A stretch of DNA of 64,000 bases, from positions 564,505 through 628,504 of the forward strand of contig CAWCKE010000005.1 in NCBI GenBank assembly GCA_963796115.1. The letters are read 5' to 3'. The notes under the pieces are model-generated. The model had not been told where the DNA came from, did no database searches, and saw only the letters and a list, made by a program, of their open reading frames with translations. The stretch comes from an uncultured Acidimicrobiia bacterium. GTDB lineage: Bacteria > Actinomycetota > Acidimicrobiia > Spongiisociales > UBA11373. Every line of letters starts with the position of its first letter. Position 1 is the first letter of the stretch. Shown in pieces: positions 10,446-24,804 of the stretch. The position numbers and the translations under genes are program-made.

Positions 10446-11217
10446 CTACGGCCCGCGGGCGGCCTCGGCGGCCGAGCCGCACTTCCGGTCGCACCAGGGC
10501 GACGAGGCGGCGGTGGTGGGACCCGGGCCAGTAGACCCGCCCGCAAGCCGGGACAGCGCTGGAAGGTCGGCGTGCCGGGCGGCCACACCCGGGGGCACCC
10601 GGCCGGCGGCCTCCTCGGCGGTCGCCGGCCGCCAGGCGCTCGCCGCAGGCGCAGGCAGCGGGTGAACGGGCGAGCAGCGCCCGGCCAGGTCGAACTGGCG
10701 CACCACCTCGACGGCCTGGTCGCGGGGATCGGTGCTGCGCACCCGGTAGCCGCGGCGCACCACGCGGCGCTTGAGCAGGTCGAGGTCGCGGGTGAGCAGG
10801 ATGCGGTCCTCGGCGGCCGCCGCGCCGCGAGGGCGGCGTCGTCGGCCTGCGGCCGGTGGGCGGCGTCGAAGCCGAGCAGGCGCAGGTAGCGGGCGAGGCG
10901 CCCCAGGTGGCCGTCGAGGGCGAAGCGGGGCTCGGCGAGCAGGGGCAGGTGCACCGGCGAGACCGGCCGACACGTCGAGGCGGCGGAAGAGGGGGAAGGC
11001 GGCCACCCGGTCCCCGTCGGCGAGGAGCCGGTCGAATCCCGCCGGTTCGCCGTTCACCAGGAGCAGGTCGATCTCGGGGTGGGGCACTCCCAGGGACTCC
11101 AGGGCATCCTTGACGCTGCCGGGCACGCGGAAGGCGTAGGCGAAGGCGCGCTGGCGCCGGGGCAGCGGGCAGGAAGTCGTTGAGTTCGCCGTAGCAGCGG
11201 ATCTCGACGGTGGGCAT
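10446..11217 (-). pseudogene. Mut7-C ubiquitin-like + Mut7-C RNase (PIN-like) domain protein; several frameshifts as assembled
   Basis: MPTVEIRCYGELNDFLP...AFAYAFRVPGSVKDALESLGVPHPEIDLLLVNGEPAGF (ubiquitin-like part). RFALDGHLGRLARYLRLLGFDA...ILLTRDLDLLKRRVVRRGYRVRSTDPRDQAVEVVRQFDL (RNase part). C-terminal CPACGRVYWPGSHH zinc ribbon. The pieces are spread over three frames. Confidence 0.65.
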
Positions 11218-11299
11218 GGCGGCCCGATCGCGGGAGGGCAAACGGTAGCGGCGGAAGGCGACGCCTGGCATAGTCGGGGCGGAGCGAGCGAGGAGAGCC

Positions 11300-12361
11300 G
11301 TGCCCGTCCACAACTTCCGCCGGCCGCAGGGCCGCCTGGTCGAGATCGAGATCGCGCTCGGCCGCCCTGGAGGGGAACCTCCTGGGCGACCCGCACACGC
11401 CGGGTGGTGGCGGTCTACCTGCCGCCCGGCTACGACGACGAGCCGACCGGCGCTACCCGCTGTTCGTGGACCTGGTGGGCTTCACCGGCAGCGGCCTGGC
11501 CCACCTGAACTGGAAGGCCTTCGGGGAGTCGGTGCCCCAGCGCCTCGACCGCCTGGTCGACGAGGGGCGGATGGGCCCGGTGGTGGCCGCCTTCCCCGAC
11601 TGCTTCACCTCGCTGGGCGGCAACCAGTACATCGACTCGGCGGCGATGGGCCGCTGGGAGGCCTTCCTGATCGACGAGATGCTGCCCCGCCTCGAAGCCG
11701 GAGTTCCGCCTCCTCCCCGGCCGGGAGCACCGGGCCGTCTTCGGCAAGTCCTCGGGCGGCTACGGGGCCATCGTCCACGGCCTGCGCCGGGCCGAGGCCT
11801 GGGGGGCGGTGGCCTGCCACTCCGGCGACATGGCCTTCGACCTGTGCTACCGCGTCCCACTTCCCGCCAGCCGCCGCGCTTCCTGGCCGCCAAGGGCGGG
11901 GTCGCCGGGTTCCTCGAGGCGTTCGCCGCCGCTCCCAAGACCGACCGATGAGTGGCTCCACCACCTGGAGATGGTGGCCATGGCCGCCACCTACGACCCC
12001 GATCCGTCGGCGCCCAAGGGGATGCGCCTGCCGGTCGACCCGGAGACGGCGGAGATGGACGCCGGCCCGCTGGGCGGCCTGGCAGGCCCACGACCCGGTG
12101 GTGCTGGTGCGGCAGGAGCGGTGCCGGGCCAACCTGCGCTCGCTGCGGGGCCTGTACCTCGACTGCGGGAGCAACGACCAGTACCACCTGGTGCACGGGG
12201 CCCGGGCCTTCGCGCGGGCCCTGCGGGCGGCCGGCATCGCGCACCGCTTCGAGGAGTTCGACGACGACCACACCAACGTGGACTACCGCATGGACGTGTC
12301 GCTGCCCTTCCTGTACGAGGCGCTGATGGGGCCGGCGGCAGGTGAGGGGCGGGCAGGGTAG
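11300..12361 (+). pseudogene. Esterase-family alpha/beta hydrolase (enterochelin-esterase-like); several frameshifts as assembled
   Basis: VYLPPGYDD / YPLFVDLVGFTGSG...PDCFTSLGGNQYIDSAAMGRWEAFLIDEMLPRLEA, and the nucleophile elbow FGKSSGGYGA in another frame. C-terminus LYLDCGSNDQYHLVHGARAFARALRAAGIAHRFEEFDDDH. Confidence 0.65.
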
Positions 12362-12371
12362 GCTCGGCGCC

Positions 12372-12866
12372 GTGGACACCCTGTGGGCCGGGTGGCGCAG
12401 CGGCTACGTGCGCTCGGCCGACGAGCAGAACGAGGCGGGCTGCCTGTTCTGCCGCCTGCCCGGTGAGGACGACGCGACCGCCCTCATCCTGGAACGCGGC
12501 GCCCTGGCCTTCAGCGTCCTCAACCGCTTCCCCTACACCACCGGGCCACCTGATGGTGAGCCAGTACCGCCACGTGGCCGACCTCGGCCGACCTGACCGC
12601 CGCCGAGGTGGAGGAGGTGTGGCGCCTGCTGGCCCGGGCCCGCCGGGCGTGCGGGGAGGCGATGAAGCCCGACGGCTTCAACCTGGGCGCCAACCTGGGC
12701 CGGGTCGCCGGGGCCGGGGTGCCCGACCACCTGCACTTCCACCTGGTGCCCGCGCTGGGCGGGCGACACCAGTTTCGTGACCACGGTGGGGGAGACCCGG
12801 GTGATCCCCGAGGACCTGGCGGTGACCTGGGAAACGTTGCGCGGCGCCCTGGTCGGGACGGACTGA
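12372..12866 (+). pseudogene. HIT-superfamily nucleotidyl transferase/phosphorylase (Ap4A-phosphorylase / GalT-like); about 3 frameshifts as assembled
   Basis: WAGWRSGYV...CLFCRL...LILERGALAFSVLNRFPYTTG / HLMVS / [25 protein letters not shown] (HxHxH histidine triad) / [13 protein letters not shown], spread over three frames. Confidence 0.65.
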
Positions 12867-12958
12867 AGGCCGGCGTGGCCGGCGGGCGTGGGTCGTGAAG
12901 TGCGGCAACCGAGGTGTGTCGCCGGCCGGACCAGGGTGCGGCCGCCCGGGTTCCCGCC

Positions 12959-14065
12959 CTAGCCGGCCACCCCGAACTCGCAGCCGCGCACGATCTCGGC
13001 ATTGCAGTTGTCGAGCCGGCCGGCGCCGCCGAATGCCCGGTCGAAGCCGTCTTCAGCCAGGCCCGGGTTCCCTCCGCCCAGGAGCGTGTCCCTTCCCGCG
13101 CCGCCTTTGAGGATGTCGTCCCCGGCGTCACCGCAGATGACGTCGCTTCCGGCCAGGCCGAAGATCCGGTCGTTTCCCGCCAGCCCGTAGATCACATCGT
13201 CGTCTTCGGTGCCGACGATGGTCTCGGGGAGCGTTGTCCCGATGATGGTCGCGGTCCGAAACAGGCAAGTGGGGGTCGGCGTCAGCCGGAAGTTGATGCC
13301 TCTGAGGATGGCTTCGTCCTCGGGGACCTCGAAAGTGCCGGCGGCCGCCAGCAGGCGCGGGTCGGCCACCAGGTCGTTGGCGTACGCGGTGCCGCCGGAA
13401 GGGCCCAGGTACCACTTCCACAGGTGGGGCAGCACGTCCGGGCAGCGAGGTGCTTCGGGGTCCCAGCGGGCCACGGCGGCCATGGCGCCGGCCGGGACCA
13501 GGCCGGCCGAGGTCCAGTGCCCCATCTGGTCGACTCTCCCGACGGTGCCGATCGAGATGCCGTCGGCCTCGAAGATCTCGACGCCGTAGCAGCCCCCGGA
13601 GCCGTTGATGGCGCCTGCGGCGGGTGGGCCGGAGAGGAAGACCCCCTTCACCTGGGCACCCTGCAAGACGCCGAGGGCGGCATCGACGGTCAGAGTGGCG
13701 CCGGCGCGCAGCGTCACGGGCGTGGCGGCTCCGAAAGTGGGCTGGTCGTCGTGCCAGCGGTAGCGGAGCAGGTTGCCCGCCACGTCGAGGTATCGGAAGC
13801 GGAGCTTGTAGGTCCCGGCGGGAAGCTCGCTGAGCTGGTAGCGGCCCTCCGGGTCCGACGACAAGGCCTGGTAGCGGTGCCCCGTGACCGTGTCGAAAGC
13901 CTCGGCCGAGAGGTGCTGGAGCGCTGCGACGGGGAGAGGCAGGCCCGCCTCATCGGTGATGTTGCCCTGGATCGTCCCCCCGGCACACGGTGACCCGGCC
14001 GCCGCCGGGACGACCAGGGCGGCCGCCAGGGCCACAATCAGGGCCAGGATTGCGCTGCGCCGCAC
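12959..14065 (-). CDS. Secreted protein: carboxypeptidase-regulatory-like fold plus C-terminal RTX-type calcium-binding repeats
   Basis: Intact 368-aa ORF with signal peptide MRRSAILALIVALAAALVVPAAAG. GNITDEAGLPLP...GRYQLSELPAGTYKLRF. C-terminal GTEDDDVIYGLAGNDRIFGLAGSDVICGDAGDDILKGGAGRDTLLGG. Confidence 0.75.
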   Translation of the reverse strand: MRRSAILALIVALAAALVVPAAAGSPCAGGTIQGNITDEAGLPLPVAALQHLSAEAFDTVTGHRYQALSSDPEGRYQLSELPAGTYKLRFRYLDVAGNLLRYRWHDDQPTFGAATPVTLRAGATLTVDAALGVLQGAQVKGVFLSGPPAAGAINGSGGCYGVEIFEADGISIGTVGRVDQMGHWTSAGLVPAGAMAAVARWDPEAPRCPDVLPHLWKWYLGPSGGTAYANDLVADPRLLAAAGTFEVPEDEAILRGINFRLTPTPTCLFRTATIIGTTLPETIVGTEDDDVIYGLAGNDRIFGLAGSDVICGDAGDDILKGGAGRDTLLGGGNPGLAEDGFDRAFGGAGRLDNCNAEIVRGCEFGVAG

Positions 14066-14130
14066 TCATCCTCCTTGGGGTCCCCAACAGCCTAAACGAC
14101 GGCGGCCGGCATGCCCGGTGTGGGCGGCGA

Positions 14131-15789
14131 TCAGGGCAGAGGGGCTTCTGCCAGGACTCTGAGGCCGGCCTGCCCGCGGCTCCCCAGGTCCACCCGCAGC
14201 ACCCGGCGCCCTCGGCCGGCCAGCGCCCTGTAGTCGCCGTCGGCCTGGGCGGTCACCAGGCGCCCGAAGGTGTACCCGGTGCCCGGGACGGGCAGGTCGG
14301 GCTCGGCGTTCGTCCACCACCTGCAGGAACAGGCCGGTGTCGGGCCCTCCCTTGTGCAGCTGGCCGGTGGAGTGCAGGAAGCGCGGGCCGAAGCCCAGGG
14401 TGGTGGCGAGGTGCAGGCGGTCGCCGCACCGCCTAGCCGCAGGCCCTGCAGGGCCGCCTCGGCCTGCGGGGTAGGCGCGACGAAGGCCTGGACGGCCAGG
14501 TAGTCGCCGGGCCGGGCCTGCCTCCAGGAGGTCGGCCAGCGCGGCCGCCGAGCGCGGCCGTGTCGGCGGCGGCCACGGCGGGGATGGGCTCGCCACCGGC
14601 TTCGCCCGCCATGGCCCGGGTGGCGAGCGTCCTTGGCCAGCTGCACGTCGGGCTGGTCGAAGGGGTGGATGCCCAGGACGCTGCCGGCCATGGCCACGGC
14701 CACCTCGGCGCGGTACATCTCGGCGCCGAGGTCGGCGAGGTCGGCGAGGTCGGAGGCGCAGCACCGGGTGCCCGGCGGCCTCCAGGGCGTCCACCGCCGC
14801 CGCCTGGGCGTCGTCGTCGTCGCCGCCGGCGCGCCAGGTAGACGAAGCAGGCGGTCGTCGCCGTAGGCCTCCGGGGGCCCCGCCGGCTCGTCGGCCACCG
14901 GGACGATGCCCGTGCCGTCCTTGCCGGTGCTCTCGGCCACGAGTTGCTCGATCCAGGCGGGAAGGCGGCCAGCGACGGGGAGACCAGGAAGGTGGCCTTG
15001 TCCCGGCCCGCTCGAGCGAGCTCCCCCAGGACGGCGCCGAGCAGGAAGCCGGGGTTGTCGGCGGGAGGCCGGCGGCAGGCGTCGGCCATGGCGGCGCCGC
15101 CCGGTCGAGCAGGCCGGCGACGTCGGCCCCGATCAGGGCGGCCGGCACCAGGCCGAAGTGGCGACAGGGCCGAGAAGCGCCCGCCGACGTCCGGGGTGGC
15201 GGCGAACACCCGGCGGAAGCCCCGCTCCCGGGCCAGGTCGGCCAGCGGGGTGCCCGGGTCGGTGATGGCGGCGAAGTGGCGGCCGGGCGTGCGGGGTGGC
15301 CGCCGACGCTCGCGCCCAGCAGTGGTGGAGGAACGAGAGGGGCTCGATGGTGGTGCCCGACTTGCTGGAGACCAGGAAGAGGGTCGCCGCCGGGTCGACC
15401 TGCTCGTCCACCGCCCGCACCGCCCCCGGGTGGGTGCTGTCGAGGACGAGCAGCTCCGGGTAGCCCGGCCGGCTGCCGAAGGTGCGGGCGAAGACCTCGG
15501 GCGCCAGGCTCGAACCGCCCATGCCGAGCAGCACCACGCGGGTGATGCCGTCGGCGGCCACCTCGGCGGCGAAGGCGACCAGGGCGGGGACCTCGCTGCC
15601 GCATGGCCTCGGGCAGGGTGAGCCAGCCGAGGCGGTCGTCGATCTCCGGCACGGGCTCGGCGGTCCAGAGGGTGTGGTCCTTGGCCCAGAGGCGGGCGAC
15701 GGCGCCTCCTCCTGCCAGGACCGCAGGCGAGCGGCGACGGCGGGGGCGTGCCGGCCGAGGGAGAACCCTGGGGTAGCGGGGCCGCTCAT
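14131..15789 (-). pseudogene. pgi: Glucose-6-phosphate isomerase; at least 8 frame segments as assembled
   Basis: ATG at 15789 after AGGAG. Pieces: LWAKDHTLW / PEIDDRLGWLTLPE; VVLLGMGGSSLAPEVFARTFG...LFLVSSKSGTTIEPLS; DVGGRFSALS; AESTGKDGTGIVPV; GIHPFDQPDVQLAKD; YLAVQAFV; YTFGRLVTAQADGDYRAL. Confidence 0.75.
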
Positions 15790-15843
15790 CTGCTCCTGCC
15801 TCGAGGGGCCTGGCCGCGACGCTAGCGACGCGCGCGGGGCCAG

Positions 15844-16498
15844 TTGACAGGACGCGTTGGCATCGAACAGACTCCGGCGTACGACGAGAAGGGGGAGACT
15901 ATCGCCAGCCTCATCGACCTCGTGACTTCGAAGCTCGGCTCCGGTGGCCTGTCGGCCATCGCCGGCCAGCTGGGCATCGGCCAGGACAAGGCCCCCGGGC
16001 GCGGTGCAGACCGCCCTGAGCGTCCTCACCGGGCGCCGTGGCCAGGAACGCCGCCAAGCCCAAGGGCGCCGCCTCGCTGGACGCAGGCCCTGGCCAAGGA
16101 CCACGACGGCAGCATCCTCGACAAGGTGCGGGGACTTCCTCGGCAACGCCGCGGCCGGGCCCGGCGCCGCCATTCTCGGGCCACGTGCTCGGCCGCAAGC
16201 AGCCGGCGGTGGCGGCCGCCGTCGGCCAGGAGACCGGCCTGAGCAAGCAGCAGACGGGCAACCTGCTGACGACCCTGGCCCCGCTGCTCATGGGGGCCCT
16301 GGGCAAGACCAAGCAGGAGCAGGGCCTGGATGCCTCGGGCCTGGCCGGCATGCTGGCCGGGGAGTCCAAGCAGATCCAGCAGAGCGCCTCGGGCGGGCTG
16401 GGCAACCTGCTCGGCATGGTCGGCGGCGCCGTCGGGCCTCATGGGCCTGCTGGGCAAGGCCGCTGCCGTTCCTGAAGGGCCTGCTGGGCCGCAAGTAG
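15844..16498 (+). pseudogene. DUF937-like protein (Gly/Leu/Lys-rich); about 4 frameshifts, start uncertain
   Basis: ASLIDLVTSKLGSGGLSAIAGQLGIGQDKA / ALAKDHDGSILDKV / GHVLGRKQPAVAAAVGQETGLSKQQTGNLLTTLAPLLMGALGK...GGLGNLLGMVGG / FLKGLLGRK, spread over three frames. Confidence 0.55.
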
Positions 16499-16565
16499 CT
16501 GAGGGAGGAGACGGGGAACCGTCGGCCCGGCGGCCACACCGCCGGGCCCATCGGCTCGATGGGGA

Positions 16566-16988
16566 TCAGTCGGCGGAGTGCAGGGCCGCCTTGATGGCCT
16601 CGGCGGTGCGCAGGCGGTGCACCTCGTCCTCGTAGCCCAGGCGCGGCCAGAAGAAGCCGCGCAGGCCGTCGCGGCGGCGCCGGGGCAGGATGTGGACGTG
16701 CAGGTGGGGCACGCTCTGGCTGATGTGGTTGTTGACCGCGACGAATGAGCCGTCGGCTTCGACGGCCACCCGCACGGCCCGGCTGAGGCGGCGGGCGGCG
16801 TCGAAGAGAGGGCCGACCAGGTCGGGCGGCAGGTCGTCGAGGGACTCTACGTGGCGGCGGGGGACCAGCAGGATGTGGCCGGGGAACACGGGGCGCCGGT
16901 CGAGGAAGGCGACGGCCTCGGGCTCGTCGAGGACGACGTCGGCTGGCAGCCGTCCGGCGACGATTTCGCAGAACGTGCACGCGGTCAC
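16566..16988 (-). CDS. HIT family protein (histidine triad hydrolase)
   Basis: 140 aa from GTG 16988: VTACTFCEIVAG...FLDRRPVFPGHILLVPRRH...SVPHLHVHILPRR. The rest of ORF 16566..17171 upstream looks non-coding. Confidence 0.85.
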   Translation of the reverse strand: MTACTFCEIVAGRLPADVVLDEPEAVAFLDRRPVFPGHILLVPRRHVESLDDLPPDLVGPLFDAARRLSRAVRVAVEADGSFVAVNNHISQSVPHLHVHILPRRRRDGLRGFFWPRLGYEDEVHRLRTAEAIKAALHSAD

Positions 16989-17078
16989 GGGGCACGACGC
17001 TAGCCTATACAGAGCATTTCTGGGCTCGGGAAGCGACACTGACCGACGACCGGCCCCCATAGGAGGCCTCTGCCCACC

Positions 17079-18575
17079 ATGACCGGCCGCCCTCTCCGTC
17101 TTCTCAGTCGGCGCGCTGCTGCTGATCGGCGTGCTGGCCACCCCGGCGGTGGCCGCCGGGGAGGAGGCCATCCTCTGTCAGGGCGCGGCGGCCACGATCG
17201 TCGGCACCGAGGGGCCCGATGAGCTGGTGGGCACCGACGGCGCGCGACGTCATCGCCGCGTTGGGTGGCGACGACCGGATCGAGGGGCTGGGCGGGGACG
17301 ACCTGATCTGCGCCGGTCCCGGCGACGACGTGGCCTGGGGCGGTGCCGGGCGCGACCGGATCTTCGGCGAGGCCGGCAACGACTTCCTCTACGGCGACGG
17401 TGGTGCCGACTACCTGGTGGGCGCGGTCGGCGACGATGTCCTGGAAGGCGGGTTGGGGCGGGATCGAGCTCCTGGGCGGTGCGGGGAGCGACGAGCTGTG
17501 GGGCAGCTCGTGCACTCCGAACGACGGCATGGGCTACTTCTGCCGGACTGCCCCTTCGGCGGAGGCCGAGGACGAGGACGACTACGCCTGGCTGTTCGAC
17601 AGCACCCGGGTCCTGCAAGCGGGGTCCAGCGGCACCGACGTGAGCGCTCTGCAGAGGCTGCTCGTCGAGCTGGGGTTCGACCCCGGCGCGGCCGACGGGG
17701 CGTTCGGTGAGGAGACCGAGGCGGCGGTGAGCGCTTTCCAGACCGCCAACGACCTGGAGGCCGACGGGGTCGTGGGGTCGGGAACCCGGGCCGCCCTCGC
17801 TGAAGCCCTCGAGACCATATCGCCGACGCCGGAGGCTGGTGCCTCGACCGAGGCGGACTCCTCCAATTCGGGCCTGGGCACCCAGCCGCTGCGGCCGGGC
17901 ACGAGCGGGCAGGAGGTTGCCGCGCTGCAGCGCCTGCTGGCCGGGCTGGGGCTGGACCCCGGCCCCGTCGACGGGGTGTTCGGCGAGGCGACCGAGGCGG
18001 CCGTGCGTGCTTTCCAGACCGCGCACGACCTGGAGGCCGACGGGGTGGTAGGGACGCAGACCAGGGCGGCGCTGATCGCGGAGGCGGAAGCGGGTGAGAT
18101 TCTGACCGGCGGGCCCGGCTTCGACACCTGCAATTCCCCCGACGAGGGGACCGGGTGCGAGAGCACCCGCGGCCTGCGGCGGGGCGCTCCCTGGAATGTG
18201 GCGTCGGTCGAGGAGTGGCGCTCGGTGATCACCGAGGCCTTCCTGGAGCGGGGCCTGGGAGAGGAGATCGAGCATGCCATGGCGATCGTGGCCTGCGAGA
18301 GCCTCGGCGACCCGTTCATCACCACGCCCTCGATCCCCGGGGGCACCCACGTGGTCGGCCTCTTCCAGCACAAGGACATCTACTGGGAGCGCCGGGCGGC
18401 AGCTGCCGGCCTGCCCGGAGCCAGTGCCCTCGACCCGGTGGCCAACGCCCGGGTGGCCGCCTGGATGGTGGCGAACTCCATCGCCGCGCACTCGGACGAT
18501 CCCGACGTGGAACGGCCTGCCTGGGTCCACTGGGTGTGCGACGAGATCCTGGTGGAGCGGGGCCTATGGGAGTGA
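17079..18575 (+). CDS. Secreted RTX-repeat / 2x peptidoglycan-binding / lytic-transglycosylase-like fusion protein; three +1 frame changes in the first 400 nt
   Basis: AGGAGG 12 nt before the ATG. Signal peptide ...VGALLLIGVLATPAVAAG. RTX repeats ALGGDDRIEGLGGDDLICAGPGDDVAWGGAGRDRIFGEAGNDFLYGDGGADYL. Two LQRLL..LGFDPG..DG.FG..T..AV..FQ domains. C-terminal IVACESLGDP...GLFQH (E-S ... GLxQ motif). Confidence 0.75.
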
Positions 18576-18579
18576 CCAC

Positions 18580-19378
18580 CTGATCCGCCGCAGCCTGAGT
18601 CGGGCCTCCGCCGCCTGGGCGGCCCGCCAGCGTGTGTCCGGGGAGCCGCGGTCGGCCAACGGCGCGTCGTCGTTCCATCTGATCTGGGACCTGCCCGAAG
18701 TGCCGCTCCTCCAGGTGGAGGCCACCCTCGAGGTGGTGACCGCCCCGGCGGTGAAGCGCCTCTACTTCTGGGCTCTCCAGGCTTCCTTCGCCGCCGGCCC
18801 GCGCCTGCAGGGTGGGGCGCATCTCGGCTTGCAGTGGAATCCGCGCTACCCGGGCAGCACGGCGGTGAACTTCGGGGGCTACGGTCCGACGGCGCGGGGC
18901 ACCAGGGTGCTGCAGGGGTCGACCTCGGAGCTGCCGGGGCCCCGGCGTGATCCCAACACCCGGGAGTTCACCTGGCAGCTGGGCCACCGCTACCGGCTGT
19001 CGATCTTCCCGGCGCCCAGCGCCCCGGAGGGCATCCGCGCCTGGCGGGGCGGTGGTCGAGGATCGGGAAGAGGGCCGGCAGCAGCTGGTGCGCGACCTCT
19101 ACACCCGGGGCGAGTACCTGCACACCCCCATGGTGTGGACCGAGTCGTTCGCCCGCTGCGAGCATCCCACCGTGGTGGTGCGCTGGAGCGGCCTCCGGGC
19201 GGTGTCGGCCGCCGGCGAGGAGTTGCGGCCCCAGCACGTGCGGGTCAACTACCAGCCCCGGGCCGACGGGGGCTGTGACAACACGACGGTGAGTGCCGAC
19301 GAACTGGGCATCCTCCAGGTCACCGCCGAGCAGCGCGAGGTGCCCCAGGGCGCCTGGCTGCGCGTCCCCGGGGCCTGA
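18580..19378 (+). CDS. Hypothetical protein; one frameshift near 19050, start uncertain
   Basis: Protein-like translation: [39 protein letters not shown]...[20 protein letters not shown]...[17 protein letters not shown]. It continues in ORF 18947's frame as ...[28 protein letters not shown] recognise no family. Confidence 0.45.
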
Positions 19379-19401
19379 GGGCCCGTCTCGTCCCACAGAC
19401 A

Positions 19402-19433
19402 GTTGGGCCGGGGTACGCGTGCCCCGGCCCAAC
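19402..19433. terminator. GC-rich hairpin between convergent genes (candidate bidirectional terminator)
   Basis: The sequence gttgggccgggg-tacgcgtg-ccccggcccaac forms a perfect 12-bp stem. It lies between stop 19378 (+) and stop 19456 (-). There is no U-tract. Confidence 0.5.
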
Positions 19434-19455
19434 CCAGAGTGTGTCGATCGCCGGC

Positions 19456-20832
19456 TTACGGCCAGACGCCGCGCTGGTCCAGGGCGGTCCAGCAGCGCCC
19501 GACGGCGGTGACCATGGCGGCGATCCGCAGGTCGGGCGATGCCGAGTCGCGGGGCGCATCGGGCATCGCCTTGCGCCAGCGCTCCTGGTACTCGGGGAAG
19601 CTCGTCCTGCAGCCGGTGGTAGGTGTCGAGCACGCCCGTCGGTGGCCCGGCGCATCTTGGCCCGCAGGCGGTCGTGCACCACGTGCCTCGTCCCACTGCT
19701 CGTTGTCCAGGTTCTGCACCCATTCGAAGTAGGAGACGACCACCCCGCCGGCGTTGGCGAGGATGTCGGGGACCACCGGGATGCCCCTGGTCGGCCAGGA
19801 TGCGGTCGGCGCCCGGGGTGGTGGGCCCGTTGGCGCGCCTCGATGACCACCTTGGCCTTGACCCGGTCGACGTTCTCCAGGGTGATCTGGTTCTCCAGGG
19901 CGGCGGGGACCAGGATGTCGCACTCCTCTTCCAGAGGGCCCTTGACGTCGAGGGCTCGGTGCCGGGGGCGCCCAGGACGGAGCCGGTGCCTTGCGGAAGT
20001 GGGCGTCCACCTCGCTCCAGGTCGAGGCCGTTGGGGTCGGCGGCCCCGCCGCCGGATGTCGCTGACGGCGACGACGCGGGCGCCCATGTCGCGCAGGATG
20101 AAGGCGGTGTGGCGGCCCGACGTTGCCGAACCCCTGGATGGAGACGCGGCTGCCCTCGATGCCGCGTGAGCGCCGGGCACCTCACCCAGGGCCAGCAGGC
20201 GCTCGAGCACGTAGGCCGAGGCCCTGGGCGGTGGCGGTGCTGCGCCCGGGGATGCCGCCCAGGTCGAGGGGCTTGCCGGTGACCACCCCGAGGTTGATGG
20301 CGTGGGGATGCATCATCTGGTAGGTGTCGTAGACCCACGCCATGATCTGGGCGTCGGTGTTCATGTCGGGCGCGGGGATGTCGGTGTAGGGGCCGATGTC
20401 GTCGCCCAGGGCGGCGATGAAGCGCCGCGTGACCCGCCGCTTCTCGTTGGTGGACATCTTCGGCGGGTCGCACTCGACCCCGCCCTTGGCCCCGCCGAAG
20501 GGGATGTCGACCACCGCGCACTTCCAGGTCATCCAGGTGGCGAGGGCGCTCACCTCGTCCTCGTCCACGGTGGGGTAGAAGCGGATGCCGCCCTTGCCGG
20601 GGCCCGCGCGCCGTGTTGTGCAGGACCCGGTAGCCGTGGAAGACGTGGACGTGGCCGTCGTCCATGACGACCGGCAGGGTCAGCTTCACGACCCGCTCGG
20701 GCTCGAACAGCCACTCGGAGATGCCTTGCCAGCCGCTCGACGTCGTCGACGTAGGGGACGGCCTCGTCGAACTGGTGGCGGGCGATGTGATACGGGTTCA
20801 AGTCCTCAGCGGGTACTGCGGCTTCGGGTCAT
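19456..20832 (-). pseudogene. Glu/Leu/Phe/Val-family glutamate dehydrogenase, copy 1; at least 7 frame segments as assembled
   Basis: [19 protein letters not shown]; [21 protein letters not shown]; [35 protein letters not shown] (catalytic Lys box); [16 protein letters not shown]; VVAVSD; [14 protein letters not shown]; [21 protein letters not shown]. The ATG at 20832 follows GGGAG. Confidence 0.8.
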
Positions 20833-21081
20833 GGAGACTCCCTTCGGAGGCGTGACGGGATTGGGCGCTTCCCTGATCGGCCACTGAGGCTAGCCGATCA
20901 GAGAGGAGCGAACTGGCATGGAGATAGGCGGCGTTGCCCCCGGTGGGCGGCGCGGCGCCGGCCGTTGCGATCGGGAGGCCGGCGGCGCGGGTCGAGCCCG
21001 GCCCACCCGCCGAGGCCCCACGCCGACGAGCCGGAACCCTCGGGCCCCGGCCCGCGCGGCAGGTTGCGCGAAGACTCGGCG

Positions 21082-24616
<3,535 letters not shown>

Positions 24617-24662
24617 CCTCGGGAATCCGCAACCGGCCGCTGGTACCCTCAAGGGCCGGCGC

Positions 24663-24736
24663 GGGCGCTTAGCTCAGGTGGCTAGAGCGCTTCCCTTACA
24701 AGGAAGAGGTCGCAGGTTCGAGTCCTGCAGCGCCCA
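24663..24736 (+). tRNA. tRNA-Val (anticodon TAC)
   Basis: Hand-folded cloverleaf: acceptor GGGCGCT/AGCGCCC, D arm GCTC-AGGTGGCTA-GAGC, anticodon arm CTTCC-CTTACAA-GGAAG, variable AGGTC, T arm GCAGG-TTCGAGT-CCTGC, discriminator A. CCA is not encoded. Confidence 0.9.
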
Positions 24737-24737
24737 C
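24687..24737 (+). repeat. attL: the 3' 51 nt of tRNA-Val, identical to 38921-38971
   Basis: gcgcttcccttacaaggaagaggtcgcaggttcgagtcctgcagcgcccac matches the second copy 51/51. Flanking bases differ on both sides. Confidence 0.85.
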
Positions 24738-24738
24738 C

Positions 24739-24768
24739 GAGAAACCGCTTGTCGACAAGGGGTTTCTC
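24739..24768. other. 30-bp near-perfect palindrome immediately inside attL
   Basis: gagaaaccgcttgtc|gacaaggggtttctc has 14/15 complementary arms. It could be a tRNA terminator supplied by the island or a recombinase/accessory-factor binding site. Confidence 0.4.
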
Positions 24769-24804
24769 TCCGGTGGGGGAGCGGGATCAGCCCTGCGAGG
24801 CCGC

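Noticed and set aside
9331-11313. 660-aa minus-strand ORF spanning malQ and the Mut7-C gene
   Set aside because: It has Pro/Arg-rich junk composition, apart from the first 20 residues or so (MPTVEIRCYGELNDFLP), which belong to the Mut7-C gene.
20866-20894. Hairpin ctgatcggc-N11-gccgatcag between the two gdh copies as a terminator
   Set aside because: - It has a 9-bp stem only and no U-tract.
- It lies about 190 nt downstream of the gdh-2 stop and close to the gdh-1 RBS.
- It is plausible but too weak to call.
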